Assembly: GCA_964276515.1 (NCBI GenBank)
Contig: OZ193909.1
Coordinates: forward strand, 1,736,001 to 1,800,000
Length of the DNA stretch: 64,000 nt
Reading direction: 5' to 3'
DNA from: Gordius albopunctatus
Lineage: Eukaryota
Under the pieces are notes generated by a model that did not search any database, was not told the DNA's origin, and saw nothing but the letters and a program-made list of their open reading frames with translations. Positions 1-10,620 of the stretch are shown one piece after another. Position 1 is the first letter of the stretch; every line of letters starts with the position of its first letter. A program made the translations under genes and the position numbers.

Positions 1-1106
1 AAGCCTACTCCGTAAATCCCAAAGGGAGGGTCCTTAAAATTTATAGTAAATATATGATATTTTAACCTATCACAAAATTTTTGTTATTAAATACAGTATA
101 TAATTACAAAAGAACTAAATAAAACGATTGCATGCAATTGGTATTTTAATGTTTGAAATTCAGTAACAGTAATCCATTTGTGTTCTTGGTTGCCAAACGT
201 TATTCAACAAACTGCTGCCAAAGTGTCTGATACACCAATATTGATATTATTGAGTGTTTTATCTATTGGCGTAGCAAGTATTGGAATTAGAAGGGGCAAA
301 ATGATATTTTTTTGAAAGTTTAGTCACAATTTAAATAAATTAGAAAAAAAATTGGATTTAGAAGAGGGCAGCCGCCCCTTCCTCCCTCCCTCTGGCCTAG
401 CCCATGGTATTAACTATAAGAAAATTTGATTTTTCAGTTACTTATGATACAAATTAAGCAGATATGATTAATTTTTCCATATAAAAAATATTGGCATCTT
501 AAAAACTGTGATTGTCGTCCTCTCGTCTCCTGTCAAAAAATTGCATAGCAAATTTAAATGCTACAGAAAAAATAAGGTGGTTGCTTAGCACAAAAACAGC
601 CAGGCCTCAAGGGCGGAGCCTCTGGCGTGTTTTAAAGGACCAAGTTTTATCATTAAATTATAAGTAGAGGTCAAAATAATTTGTTAAAAGGGGGAAACCT
701 TGTAATGATCCTAGTTTATTAAGGCTAACTTTAACGAATATAATTAGAAATAGATATATTAAGTATATACACAACTAAAATAATTTTCAATTTAATCTTA
801 TGGGGTCACAAAATTTTACAACAAAAGTTTGTGAATTATCATCTTCAGGCTATAAAATATTTTTTAAAACGCTCATCGAATGTCCCTAAATCAAAATTTT
901 TTAACCCCTCGGAATATTCCTGATAAATTATTACTAAGGTGTAAAACAATAATAATTTTTTACAGTTTGTTTTGATCATATGTGCAATCATCCAGTGTTG
1001 TAAAAACGGATGGGTTTTGTTCGCCCATTTTTACAACTCTATGCAATACTAGTAGCATACAGATTCCCATTTAATAATATATTGTTTTTCAAGGTATTGT
1101 AAGTAG

Positions 1107-1308
1107 TAGAGTTGTTATATTGCTAACTTTCTTCAACTCCAACTACCATCTGCTCGAGTTTCTGCTCGGCCCTCGAGCATTTTTATATGCTACTGCTCTA
1201 CCTAGTGCACCAAAAGCGAGCACATATTGTGCTAACGCGCATATTAAGCAACTCAGTGTGTGTGCTCGCGTCTGGAGTTTGAAGAAAGTTAGCAATTTAA
1301 CAACTCTA
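1107..1308 (+). mobile_element. hAT-type MITE family A (~200 bp), copy 1
   Basis: ~30-bp TIR TAGAGTTGTTA(A/T)ATTGCTAACTTTCTTCAA; perfect 8-bp TSD GTAAGTAG (1099-1106 / 1309-1316). Confidence 0.92.
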
Positions 1309-1372
1309 GTAAGTAGTTATATTTGTCATGCAGGATCAATGAATATATAGTTTACAATTTTATTTGTTACAG

Positions 1373-1869
1373 AGTGTCTTCATTGTCGTGCCCTTGCCTA
1401 AGGCATAATCCAAAATGTAAGACCGCCCCGCCTGAAGATTGCAAAGGAGGCCTAGTGCTGGATGGTTGTGGGTGTTGTCAAGTTTGTGGAAGGGTATCAA
1501 AATAAAACATAGCATTTATCGCTCTCACTCCTTTGTGATTTCCAACAAAAAATCACTAATTCACTATAAATGAAACTTCATTTTAAAATTAAATTAAAAT
1601 TTGATCATAATAGATTTTGGGTGAAGATTGTGAAGGCCCTGATCATATAAAATGTGAAGAAGATCTGCTTTGTACCCTGCTAATAAGCAATGCTACTTAT
1701 GAAGGACAAAGAATATGCATGGACATGAGGTTTTAAAATTAAAAGTTATAACAATTTACTCTAATTTTATAAATATAATTATTTTTTGCAATTTAGAATG
1801 AGGGAGAAAATTGGGGTTTAAAATCCGGGCAATGCCATAGCGGAGGACTCCATTGTGCTTTTGGATTTC
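1373..1869 (+). CDS. Insulin-like growth factor-binding (IB/IGFBP N-terminal) domain protein, partial; exons 1373-1493 and 1614-1729, possible further exon 1797-1869
   Basis: Spliced translation VSSLSCPCLRHNPKCKTAPPEDCKGGLVLDGCGCCQVCGR|ILGEDCEGPDHIKCEEDLLC has the GCGCCxVC motif and the GExC..C...L.C second half of an IB domain. AG/GT boundaries are in phase. A likely upstream exon ends near 1093-1098; the start codon and 3' end are unresolved. Confidence 0.75.
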
Positions 1870-3089
1870 GTAAAAAACCAACATTAGCTATTATTAAAAA
1901 ACAATCTAGATTCAATTATTTCCAATGATTATATTTACGAAAGTCATTTAAATGTTTTATCTTTTACCAAATGCTTTTGTTATATTTATTTAATGTGTCA
2001 CTATTAATAAAATCATACGGTAATTTCTCATGGGGACCAGACAAGACCGAAATCTTTGTAGGAGCCGAAGCGAGATCGACACCTATTCGATAAGCATCGA
2101 TGGACGACTATATTGAAATTTCACGAATAAACAATGGTAGTTTAATTAACAAAAGGGCCGCCTAGACACAGGTCTAGCCAAAAATAATAAAAGAATTTCT
2201 GACTGGGGCACGGGCGAATAAATTTTTTTAGCTAAGAACACATTTTCATAGCTGTAAAGCCCTATTAATGTACGCTTTTGTAAAGAGAGAAATAATCAGT
2301 TGATTTAGAAATTTCAGTTAGAATACAAAATTAAAAAAAAACTTTATAATTTTAGTTTGTATTTTTCGATACAAAATATTATCCACTACGTAGCCCCATA
2401 GACTAGATAGACTTTTTACCAGCGCACAAAATGTGTACCTTTTTTCCACCATTTTGATGTGAACACGGTAAAGTGGTGATTATATAGAAATTAGTAATTT
2501 TTGTAAATTAAATAATCTTAAAAAGGTAAATAAAAAAGTATTGAATTGGGTAGATATCAAAAACAGCATTCTAAATCAAATATCATTTACACGATACATA
2601 AAAAATAAAAATGTAAAAACTGGGATTGTAGTTTGTTTAATAATATAGCGCCATCAATATTTTCTATAATATTAATTTATTGACGTTTTTTTAAATTTAT
2701 AACCTAGTGAGGAAGGTAAATTGACTGTTATAGGGCAAAATTACTTGGTTAAAATACATAAGAATAGAATATTTTAGGCAGGCATTAATTTCATCCGCAG
2801 GGGTGGATCGTGAGAGAACCGGTGAAGTTTGCCTGAGATCTCCTGCAAGCCCGCACGAGTAAAAGAAAGTATACGTTGTTTAAAAAATTATTTAATTGTA
2901 TAAAGATCATTTTGTATTGATCAAGAAATAACTCAACTATTGCATATAAAATCGGTTTAATCAAAAATTAAAATTTAATACTGTCATTCAAAAATAGCCA
3001 ATTGTTTTTAAGTTTGGTAAATTGGTGTTTTTCCATTATTAAATTACAACAAGCTGAGCATCTTTAGGTTTTAGATTTACTTTACGTTA

Positions 3090-3888
3090 AAATCTTCCAT
3101 CTTTTCCGTTTCATCATCCTCCCAAATAGAGATATCCATATCTGCCTCACCAATAGATATTTGCTTAGCGTTGCACACCTGAACTGGATTGCTCATAGGT
3201 GGACGACTTATGCAAAAAGAGCCAAGATCTTCTTGCATTCTTTAAAAATTCTGTTACCGTAGTTTTCACGAAATTTCTTTTATCTTTGGGTATTTTAAGG
3301 TGCGAAACTTAGGGACAAGAAACGTTGATATTTTATGATAAATAATTAAACTTTGAAATTAGCATAGTTTTGGCTCTTAATTTCAAATTATATATATTTA
3401 AGTAAACAGAATCATCATTACACACAGAAGATGCGAACAAATTTATGATGCTTTTTAATGATGTTAAAAGGATAATATTTTATAGAGTGCTGGTGTGTTA
3501 TCCGCTTTCTACTCGATGCCTGCCTTTTCTTAGAGTGAAAGCATAGATATGTTTTTTGGAAATGGCTTTAAGTTTTTCCATTAAATCTTTGTCAGATTAA
3601 AAACTATTTTTTTTATCATACATCTCATGCAAGCATTTTATCATAATGATTTTTGAGTTCCACCAGATTTTCGTTCGGAAAAATAAAAAATTTTTATCAT
3701 CAAGCTAATAAGTGCATGTTTTTGTTTCTATATTATAATTATAGTATAATTTTAAATAAATTCAAATATTTTCACTTATCAAAGCCCAAGCCCGGCCCGC
3801 ACTTTTTTTAGAGCTACATTTTAGGCTCGGCCCGGCCCACGGGACTGGCTTGGGCCTGCGGGTCGACCCGGCCCATGCAGACCTCTAG
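3090..3888 (-). mobile_element. Decayed hAT transposon (transposase middle region plus one terminus)
   Basis: Minus-strand frames give RTKIWWNSKIIMIKCL (TRWNS-like) and TFLVPKFRTLK (AxFLDPRFKxL-like) with stops. Terminus TAGAGGTCTGCATGGGCC at 3888 with GGCCC subterminal repeats. Confidence 0.55.
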
Positions 3889-3889
3889 T

Positions 3890-4914
3890 CTCCAACTTTA
3901 AACCACCGCACTCTTCGTGTCTCCTTCCATCGCAGAGCAATGCTTGGGCCTTATACTTGGTTAGCGCTTGACCGAAGGCCTTCTTTTTGCTAATGCGGTC
4001 GCTGAGTTGCAAGTCCTGCAACATTTTGCGAAGGAAACGCGCCGCGCGGGGACTGATACCGATTTGCTCCCCATTTTTATTGGTGTGTAAATTTTAATTC
4101 CCTTACTGCCTATGGCGCCAAATTTTTTTAGATCGTCTTTTGCCGGATCATAGTATCCACGACTTTCTTTGTTGTTTCAGACTCCCGCGCGTTTCGATAG
4201 TCAACGAAGTTCATGCAATAGCGATCCATGGCTATTCTCGAGTTCTGGCACGCCTGTTTCCATATATCTTCACCGAACTCTTTTATCCAATTGATACCGA
4301 GCAAAGGCGGTCGTTAACGTCTGTCACTAGCAGTGGCAGGGTTTTTCGCGTCTGGCCTAGCCGGGCCTCGACCTTACGTCTGCGACTATTTTTATTTCTC
4401 TGTGACCATATCCTTAGACGATCGATGTGGATTGTGCGGTTAGTTGAAATCCCCTCCAAAGCCTGCTTGGCACGATCGTAACGGCAGACCCCGTGTCCAA
4501 TAAAAATTGTACCAAATTATTATTAATTTTCAAATCAATAGTTAAAATATCTAAAGCATGGGTGAACCTAGTCAAGTTATAGCTTAATCTTGACGTATCC
4601 ACCGCGAATGCTTACTCCGCTGGCAGGGGTACTGTTCTTAGACCCTTCTCAATCGCTTCCATCTGTAGTGCTAACTCGATGGCTTTGTCCCATTTTAGGG
4701 GCCTTTCGGCAATCAATCTGGTTTGAATGGCGTCTATGGGTATCTCGGCGCACCGACTCTCCCAAAATTTCTGGAGTTGGAAGAGATTAATTTTGGCATT
4801 ATCCAAGCTTATGCGAAATACGATACAAAAATGGCATCGCATTGGCCGTGTCATTAAAATATTAATGAAAAGCTCGAAGTCAGCATTTTGAATGGTAGGT
4901 TCCGAGGTGAACAT
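3890..4914 (-). pseudogene. Degenerate Ty3/gypsy gag-protease fragment
   Basis: FLLDTGSAVTIVP aspartic-protease motif, downstream LPLLV...LLGINWIKEF across frameshifts, gag-like IELALQMEA segment. Confidence 0.6.
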
Positions 4915-5450
4915 GTATGCTGTTACGAATCCCTATGAATCCCACATATGTGCCGATGGAATTCAAACGCATTAAATTTCCAATTAGATTGGCATTCGCA
5001 ATGACAATCAATAAGGCGCAAGGCCAAACGATGTCTATTTGTAGCTTAGATTTTGCCACACCATGCTTTTCTCACTGACAGCTATATGTGGGACATGTTC
5101 TCGCGTGGGTAAACCATCCAGTTTGTTTGTGTTGACTAAAGTCGGACTACCCAAAATATTATATACTTCATCGCACTTATAGATTGATGATAAATTATTT
5201 CTAAATCAAAGTATCAAAAATGATATAATAAAGTATAAAGAATGAAATTAATAAATGATAAATGTATTGTCATTTTATAGGACAACATTGTCATAACGCT
5301 CCATTCTTAATTCAATCATAACCACATACCCATACACTTATAGTATTTTCTAGAAATAAGCTGACCCAAATTCTTTCTTCTATTGGTAGATACGAATTAT
5401 TTAGCCAAATAAGAACTAAGTCAAAGCAACGCTTGGCCGGACACAGCTAG
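4915..5450 (+). mobile_element. Helitron 3' fragment (PIF1-like helicase C-terminus and CTAG end)
   Basis: Translates RIPMNPTYVPMEFKRIKFPIRLAFAMTINKAQGQT...PCFSH*QLYV..CSRVG, the Helitron RepHel helicase tail. Ends GCAACGCTTGGCCGG...CTAG followed by T at ~5450. Confidence 0.85.
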
Positions 5451-5949
5451 TATTTATATAATTGTCTGACATTTGAGGACCTTTGTAATTCCATGACCGT
5501 TTATATAGTCTCCGGCCCGTTCAAGCCCGTTTTTAAAATTTCATGCCCGCTCGAGCCCGTTGGTATAATATATCATTTTTATCTCTTAAAAATAATAATT
5601 TCTGTCTTTTCGCCTCTTAAAGCATTAAAAAACTTATATCTTTTAAGATTTTAAAAATTTTAAACATCTGGATTTAGGTGGAACTAGAGGTGGGCACGGG
5701 CCTAATTTTTTATTCACGGCCCGCCCACTCACGGTGGTATTAAAAAAATTCACGCCCACTCACGCTTACCACTAAATATTTTTTGACCCGACCCGCCCGC
5801 TCACGAAAGGCAATATTTTGATTCACGCACGTCACGCCCGAAAATTCACGGTGTTTTTAAATTTTTCGAAATTGGTAACCTCTAATTATACACTTTTTTG
5901 AATTTATTCTATTTATTTCTATAATTCCATAACAAAAAATAAATACAAT

Positions 5950-6185
5950 TTATAAATCGAAATTTTTATTAAAAAAAAGAATAATATACATGTTTTTTGA
6001 TTTTAATTGAGTACGCCTTTCCTCCAACAAGCGATTGGCTACAGAAAACAATCTTTCACTAGATGCCGAACTTGCAGGGGCGGATAAAATTAGACTCGCT
6101 AATTTTTCCAAAAAAGGAAACGAATTTTCATGCTTCCAAAACTTCAAAATACTATCATTATTATTTGTCTTTTGAGCGATGAATC
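5950..6185 (-). pseudogene. hAT transposase C-terminal dimerisation domain, truncated by the LTR element
   Basis: ILKFWKHENSFPFLEKLASLILSAPASSASSERLFS matches the hAT dimerisation-domain signature (W...FP.L..LA...L..PA.S...ER.FS). Confidence 0.88.
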
Positions 6186-6513
6186 TGTAGAGGCTACGAA
6201 TTTAATTAAAAAACCTCCTTTCGCACGCTACTTTCCCTTGACCTCGTCTAGGCAAATTATTATTCACGCACCCTAATAATAGCTCCTCGCTTATACTTTA
6301 TCATCGCCTGACATTCAAATTATTATTCACGCACCCTAATCATAAAAGTGAATACATTTAAGTATTTGAATGTCTCGCAATTCACCTTATTATATACACA
6401 AATAACCTCGCAGAGATGTGTATATAAACGCGATGTTATTAAATAAAAGTATTCATTCATTTTTCCATTATCTTTTAACTTAACAGCTCTTTAAACTTAA
6501 CATGCCGATAACA
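6186..6513 (+). repeat. 5' LTR (328 bp)
   Basis: Starts TGTAG, ends ACA directly before the PBS. TATATAAA ~6421 and AATAAA ~6442. Internal ~25-bp duplication CAAATTATTATTCACGCACCCTAAT. Confidence 0.88.
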
Positions 6514-6529
6514 TTTGGTGACCCCTAAA

Positions 6530-7234
6530 ATGTCCACCCAACCATCTGATATGGAGGTTAAAAGCGAAAATGCCACATATTTTAAACTGCCACAGTTTAA
6601 CAATATAAATACCCGCTCATGGTTCACTCAAATAGAGGCTCTTTTCTTTGTTAGAAAGATAAAAAGCGAAACTACCAAGGCTGGGTACTTAATAGAAGCC
6701 TTGCCACTGGAAATAACTGTCGAAATTCAAGACATCCTACAAAATATGCCCGACATTTTACCCTATACAACCATTAAAGCCGCCATCATAGACCGCACAA
6801 GCCAATCCGATTCTGCTAGACTTCGTGCTCTTCTCACAACTGTGGAATTAGGAGATCGTACCCCATCCCAGCTTCTGCGCTTCATGAAAAATCTTCTGGG
6901 AACGAATTCCATGGATGAACGAGTTCTTAAAGAACTTTGGATAGAAAAACTTCCAAAAAACATGATCGGTATTTTGGCAATTGTTTCTGACGAGCAGCCC
7001 CTCTCCAAATTAGCCGAAACTGCAGACAAAATTGTAGAGACCTACCACACCTCCACATGTTCTAGTGTAAATGTAGTCACGGAAAATGAATCGACTCGGT
7101 TTAGGGAGATGATTGCAAAACTCACCCAGGAGGTCCAAAATTTAAAAGTCTCAATCAATAGGCCACGTGATCGTTCCAACTCGAGACGCCGCAACCCCTC
7201 TACCGCTCGCCACCCTATGCCAAACTCGCTTTAA
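6530..7234 (+). CDS. gag: Ty3/gypsy Gag
   Basis: Open ORF directly after the PBS: KLPQF...[30 protein letters not shown] and LAETADKI motifs typical of invertebrate gypsy Gag. No zinc knuckle before the stop. Confidence 0.85.
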   Translation: MSTQPSDMEVKSENATYFKLPQFNNINTRSWFTQIEALFFVRKIKSETTKAGYLIEALPLEITVEIQDILQNMPDILPYTTIKAAIIDRTSQSDSARLRALLTTVELGDRTPSQLLRFMKNLLGTNSMDERVLKELWIEKLPKNMIGILAIVSDEQPLSKLAETADKIVETYHTSTCSSVNVVTENESTRFREMIAKLTQEVQNLKVSINRPRDRSNSRRRNPSTARHPMPNSL

Positions 7235-7242
7235 GCAATGTC

Positions 7243-8985
7243 GTGCCTCTTTCCCATCTTCAAAAAGACGCTAAATTCTCAATCACCACCGACGCCTCCA
7301 GCTCAGCCGTAGGAGCAGTATTACATCAAACAACTAACGATAAGACGCTGCCTTTAGTTTTTTTTTCCCAAAAGCTAACAAAAACTCAACAACGATATAG
7401 TGCATTCGGTCGCGAATTATTAGCAATATATTTAACAATCCGCCATTACCGCCATTTTTTAGAGGGTCATGAATTCACTATTTATACAGACCACAAGCCA
7501 CTAACTTATGCTTTCAGTACACCTATCGACAAATACTCCCCGCGGGAGATTAGACAGTTAGACTATATTTCGCAATATTCTACCGATCTACAATATATAG
7601 CTGGCAAATCAAATGTAGTCGCTGACACCCTCTCAAGGTCTGAAATTGATTCCGTTGATTTTAAAGACAGGCTTCTAGTTGAAAGGTTAGCTTTGGCTCA
7701 GATGGAAGAAAATTCGACATTTCAAGACCTAAAGTCTCTAAAAATAACGCAACTTCCTATACCGGGCTCTGATTTGACCGTGCAATGCGACATGTCCACA
7801 ACCTCACCTCGACCACTCGTCCCAACTTCACTCAGACGCGTAATTTTCGATAACTTCCACAACTTATCACACCCTGGTACGCGTGCAACACTTAAGCTGA
7901 TTTCACGCCGATATGTTTGGCCCTCCATCAATATGGATGTAAGAAAATGGGCCAAATCATGCGTTGCTTGTCAAAAATCGAAAATTCATCGTCACATAAA
8001 GGCCCCTTTAGGTACATTTGCTGAACCAGACGCTCGATTTAGCCACATCCACGTCGATCTCGTTGGTCCACTACCACCGTCAAATGGATATACCCACTTA
8101 CTCACGATTATTGACCGTTTCACACGATGGCCTGTCGCCATGCCGATCCATGACACCTCAGCCCAAACGGTTGCAAAAGCTCTGATCAAGTATTGGATAG
8201 CTGACCTCGGAGTACCATCAAGCCTCACAACAGATAGAGGTCCCCAGTTTGAGTCCCAATTATTTCGGAATCTCACGCAACTTCTTGGTGTAAATCACAT
8301 CACAACCACTGCCTATCACCCACAAGCTAATGGCATGATTGAGAGATTTCATCGACAGCTGAAAAGTTCCTTGATGGCACAAGGTGACACAACCAAATGG
8401 GATGAGCTCTTACCATTAATTTTGCTTGGCATTCGAACCACCATCAAGGAAGACTTAGGTTGCACTCCAGCCGAATTAGTTTATGGCACTACACTTAGAC
8501 TTCCCGGCGAATTTTTCACGAACTCAAGTACACCTCACAACACCTCCGAATTTATTAAAGGCCTAAAACAACATTTTTACCATTTGCCTTTTAAAAAGGT
8601 CAGGACACAATCGACAAATGCGGATACAACTTCACTTCTTAGGGAATGTAAATACGTTTTTATCCGTAATGATTTCGTTCGAAAAAGTTTGGTGCCACCA
8701 TATGACGGACCGTTCAGAATAAAGTCCAAACATGCTAAATATTTCATTATTGAAAAAAACGGAAAAGCTGACTCAATTTCGATCGAGCGACTGAAACCTG
8801 CATATTTAGATACTTCAACTCAGCCGTTTACGGATACCGAAAATTCAAATCCATCCAAATCTAGGCCTACCGACAAAATCGCTGAACCAGCTAACTCCGA
8901 CCCAGACCTAACAAAATCAAAAGAAAACCCATACATCACATCGAGAGGAAGGCACGTGCATTGGCGCTATAAACTACTACACTAA
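7243..8985 (+). CDS. pol: Ty3/gypsy Pol fragment: RNase H and integrase only
   Basis: [17 protein letters not shown] and NVVADTLSR (RNase H); H-x4-H...C-x2-C zinc finger; [16 protein letters not shown] and GMIERFHR (DDE integrase); PYDGPF (GPY/F). Confidence 0.92.
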   Translation: MPLSHLQKDAKFSITTDASSSAVGAVLHQTTNDKTLPLVFFSQKLTKTQQRYSAFGRELLAIYLTIRHYRHFLEGHEFTIYTDHKPLTYAFSTPIDKYSPREIRQLDYISQYSTDLQYIAGKSNVVADTLSRSEIDSVDFKDRLLVERLALAQMEENSTFQDLKSLKITQLPIPGSDLTVQCDMSTTSPRPLVPTSLRRVIFDNFHNLSHPGTRATLKLISRRYVWPSINMDVRKWAKSCVACQKSKIHRHIKAPLGTFAEPDARFSHIHVDLVGPLPPSNGYTHLLTIIDRFTRWPVAMPIHDTSAQTVAKALIKYWIADLGVPSSLTTDRGPQFESQLFRNLTQLLGVNHITTTAYHPQANGMIERFHRQLKSSLMAQGDTTKWDELLPLILLGIRTTIKEDLGCTPAELVYGTTLRLPGEFFTNSSTPHNTSEFIKGLKQHFYHLPFKKVRTQSTNADTTSLLRECKYVFIRNDFVRKSLVPPYDGPFRIKSKHAKYFIIEKNGKADSISIERLKPAYLDTSTQPFTDTENSNPSKSRPTDKIAEPANSDPDLTKSKENPYITSRGRHVHWRYKLLH

Positions 8986-9018
8986 CCACAACTCTCCGAG
9001 TGAAGGCCCGATGATAGT

Positions 9019-9107
9019 TGTAGAGGCTACGAATTTAATTAAAAAACCTCCTTTCGCACGCTACTTTCCCTTGACCCCGTCTAGGCAAATTATTATTCAC
9101 GCACCCT
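9019..9107 (+). repeat. Truncated 3' LTR
   Basis: Matches 6186-6274 except GACCCCGT vs GACCTCGT, then homology stops abruptly. Confidence 0.88.
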
Positions 9108-9389
9108 CAAATTTATATTATAACAATTTTAAAAATTAAAATTTCCGTGATTTTTGGAAATTTGTGTTCACGCCCACTCACGCACGGGGAAAATTTTGGA
9201 AAGGCCCGTTGTAATGAACGCTCAATCGAACATTCCTATTGGTTAATATGGCATAATAACGAGTTATATGCCATATCACGTGATCTTCCTAAAAGCACAA
9301 TAGGTTAGTTTTGGCACAAAATTGGCCGTTTTTTTGAGGACACTAAAATGACGACACAAGACTTTCAAAATATTTCAAGTAATTATATG

Positions 9390-10535
9390 CATAATTATCT
9401 AAATTATAAATTAGATCAATATAAACTTGTGATTCAAGTCATACATACCACAATCAAAGTAAATTTAGTATATTACCAAATTTAATTAACATATGAATTT
9501 CATAATAATCTTATCTAAATTATAAATTAGATCAATATAAACTTGTGATTCTAGTCATACATACCAGTTACCACAATCATAGTAATTTTAGTATATTACC
9601 AAATTTTATTAACATATGAATTGCATAATAATCTTATCTAAATTATAAATTAGATCAATATAAACTTGTTATTCTAGTCATACATACCAGTTACCACAAT
9701 CAAAGTGTATATGTATGTATGTATAAGCCCCGATGACAAACAAGAGCTTAGCTAAATCGGCAAGCTAAGATTGAGTTCCATCTGACACCATAGGTGCATC
9801 TCGGGTCGCGCTAACCAGAGGTTACGTGTTCAGTTGTTAGTTGTTAGTAGGTTAGTGTGTTAGTATGTTAAAGCGAAGATCAGTATTTTTAGTCGCCGGA
9901 AGCAATAAAGTAAAAGTAGACCGTGCAAGCTAATAGTACAAGTACAATAGTATAAGCATATAAATATAAGATACCACCATTCCTTATTTTGGCAAGAGGA
10001 CTTGCAGGCTTTCCATTGCTTGCTAGTTTGTGCGTCAGATTCGGGTTTATGGTTAGATGGTGTGGAAAGAAAGTATCTATCCGTGGTTAGCTAGTTTATG
10101 GGTCGCCCTCTGTCTCAGGGATAGATCTGATTATTTATTTTGGATGTTGTAGGCTTCAGAGACAGCTCGAAGTTGAGGCGATTGGGAGGGGATATTTTGA
10201 AGGGAAATTGGAGGCAGAAAAGGCTTTCCAAGCGGATCTGTTTTGCATTATGGGGATTATAGTATTCCATTCGTGGTTAAGAGAGCGGAGATTTTATTAA
10301 CATATGAATTGCATAATAATCTTATCTAAATTATAAATTAGATCAATATAAACTTGTGATTCTAATCATCAGTTACCACAATCAAAGTAATTTGAGTATA
10401 TTATCAAATTTTATTAATATATGAATTTCATAATAATCTTATCTAAATTATAAATTAGATCAATATAAACTTGTGATTCTATTCATACATACCACTATCA
10501 AAGTAATTTGAGTATATTATTAAATTTTATTAACA
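9390..10535. repeat. ~120-bp minisatellite (5 units), interrupted by a probable LINE 3' fragment at ~9706-10290
   Basis: Unit ...TTATCTAAATTATAAATTAGATCAATATAAACTTGTGATTC..TCATACATACC... recurs at ~9396, 9511, 9634, 10322 and 10439. The insert is GC-richer and has a (TATG)n tail at ~9710. Confidence 0.8.
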
Positions 10536-10620
10536 TGTGTATTGCCTTTCAATTGTGCACATTTATGTCAAATATATTTTAGTCTTATTACTATTTTTAA
10601 CTCAGGCCTCATTTTCTAGC

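Larger units (their letters stand above)
6186..9107 (+). mobile_element. Ty3/gypsy LTR retrotransposon, non-autonomous (PR-RT missing, 3' LTR truncated)
   Basis: 5' LTR 6186-6513 (TG...CA), PBS TGGTGACCCC at 6516, gag, RNaseH-integrase, then a second LTR copy from 9019 matching the first 89 nt of the 5' LTR with one mismatch. Confidence 0.92.

Noticed and set aside
1120..1350. ORFs 1120-1350, 23969-24157, 30055-30375 and 41880-42077 as a small protein family
   Set aside because: They are readings through MITE family A copies.
7137..7146. AAAATTTAAA as a programmed -1 frameshift site for gag-pol
   Set aside because: Stops at 7159 and 7168 in the pol frame lie downstream of it.
6763..8276. 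Antisense ORFs in the gypsy element
   Set aside because: Shadow frames of gag/pol with no motifs.
9390..10535. Regular repeats as a CRISPR-like array
   Set aside because: Units are contiguous ~120-bp tandem copies with no unique spacers; eukaryotic context and no cas genes.
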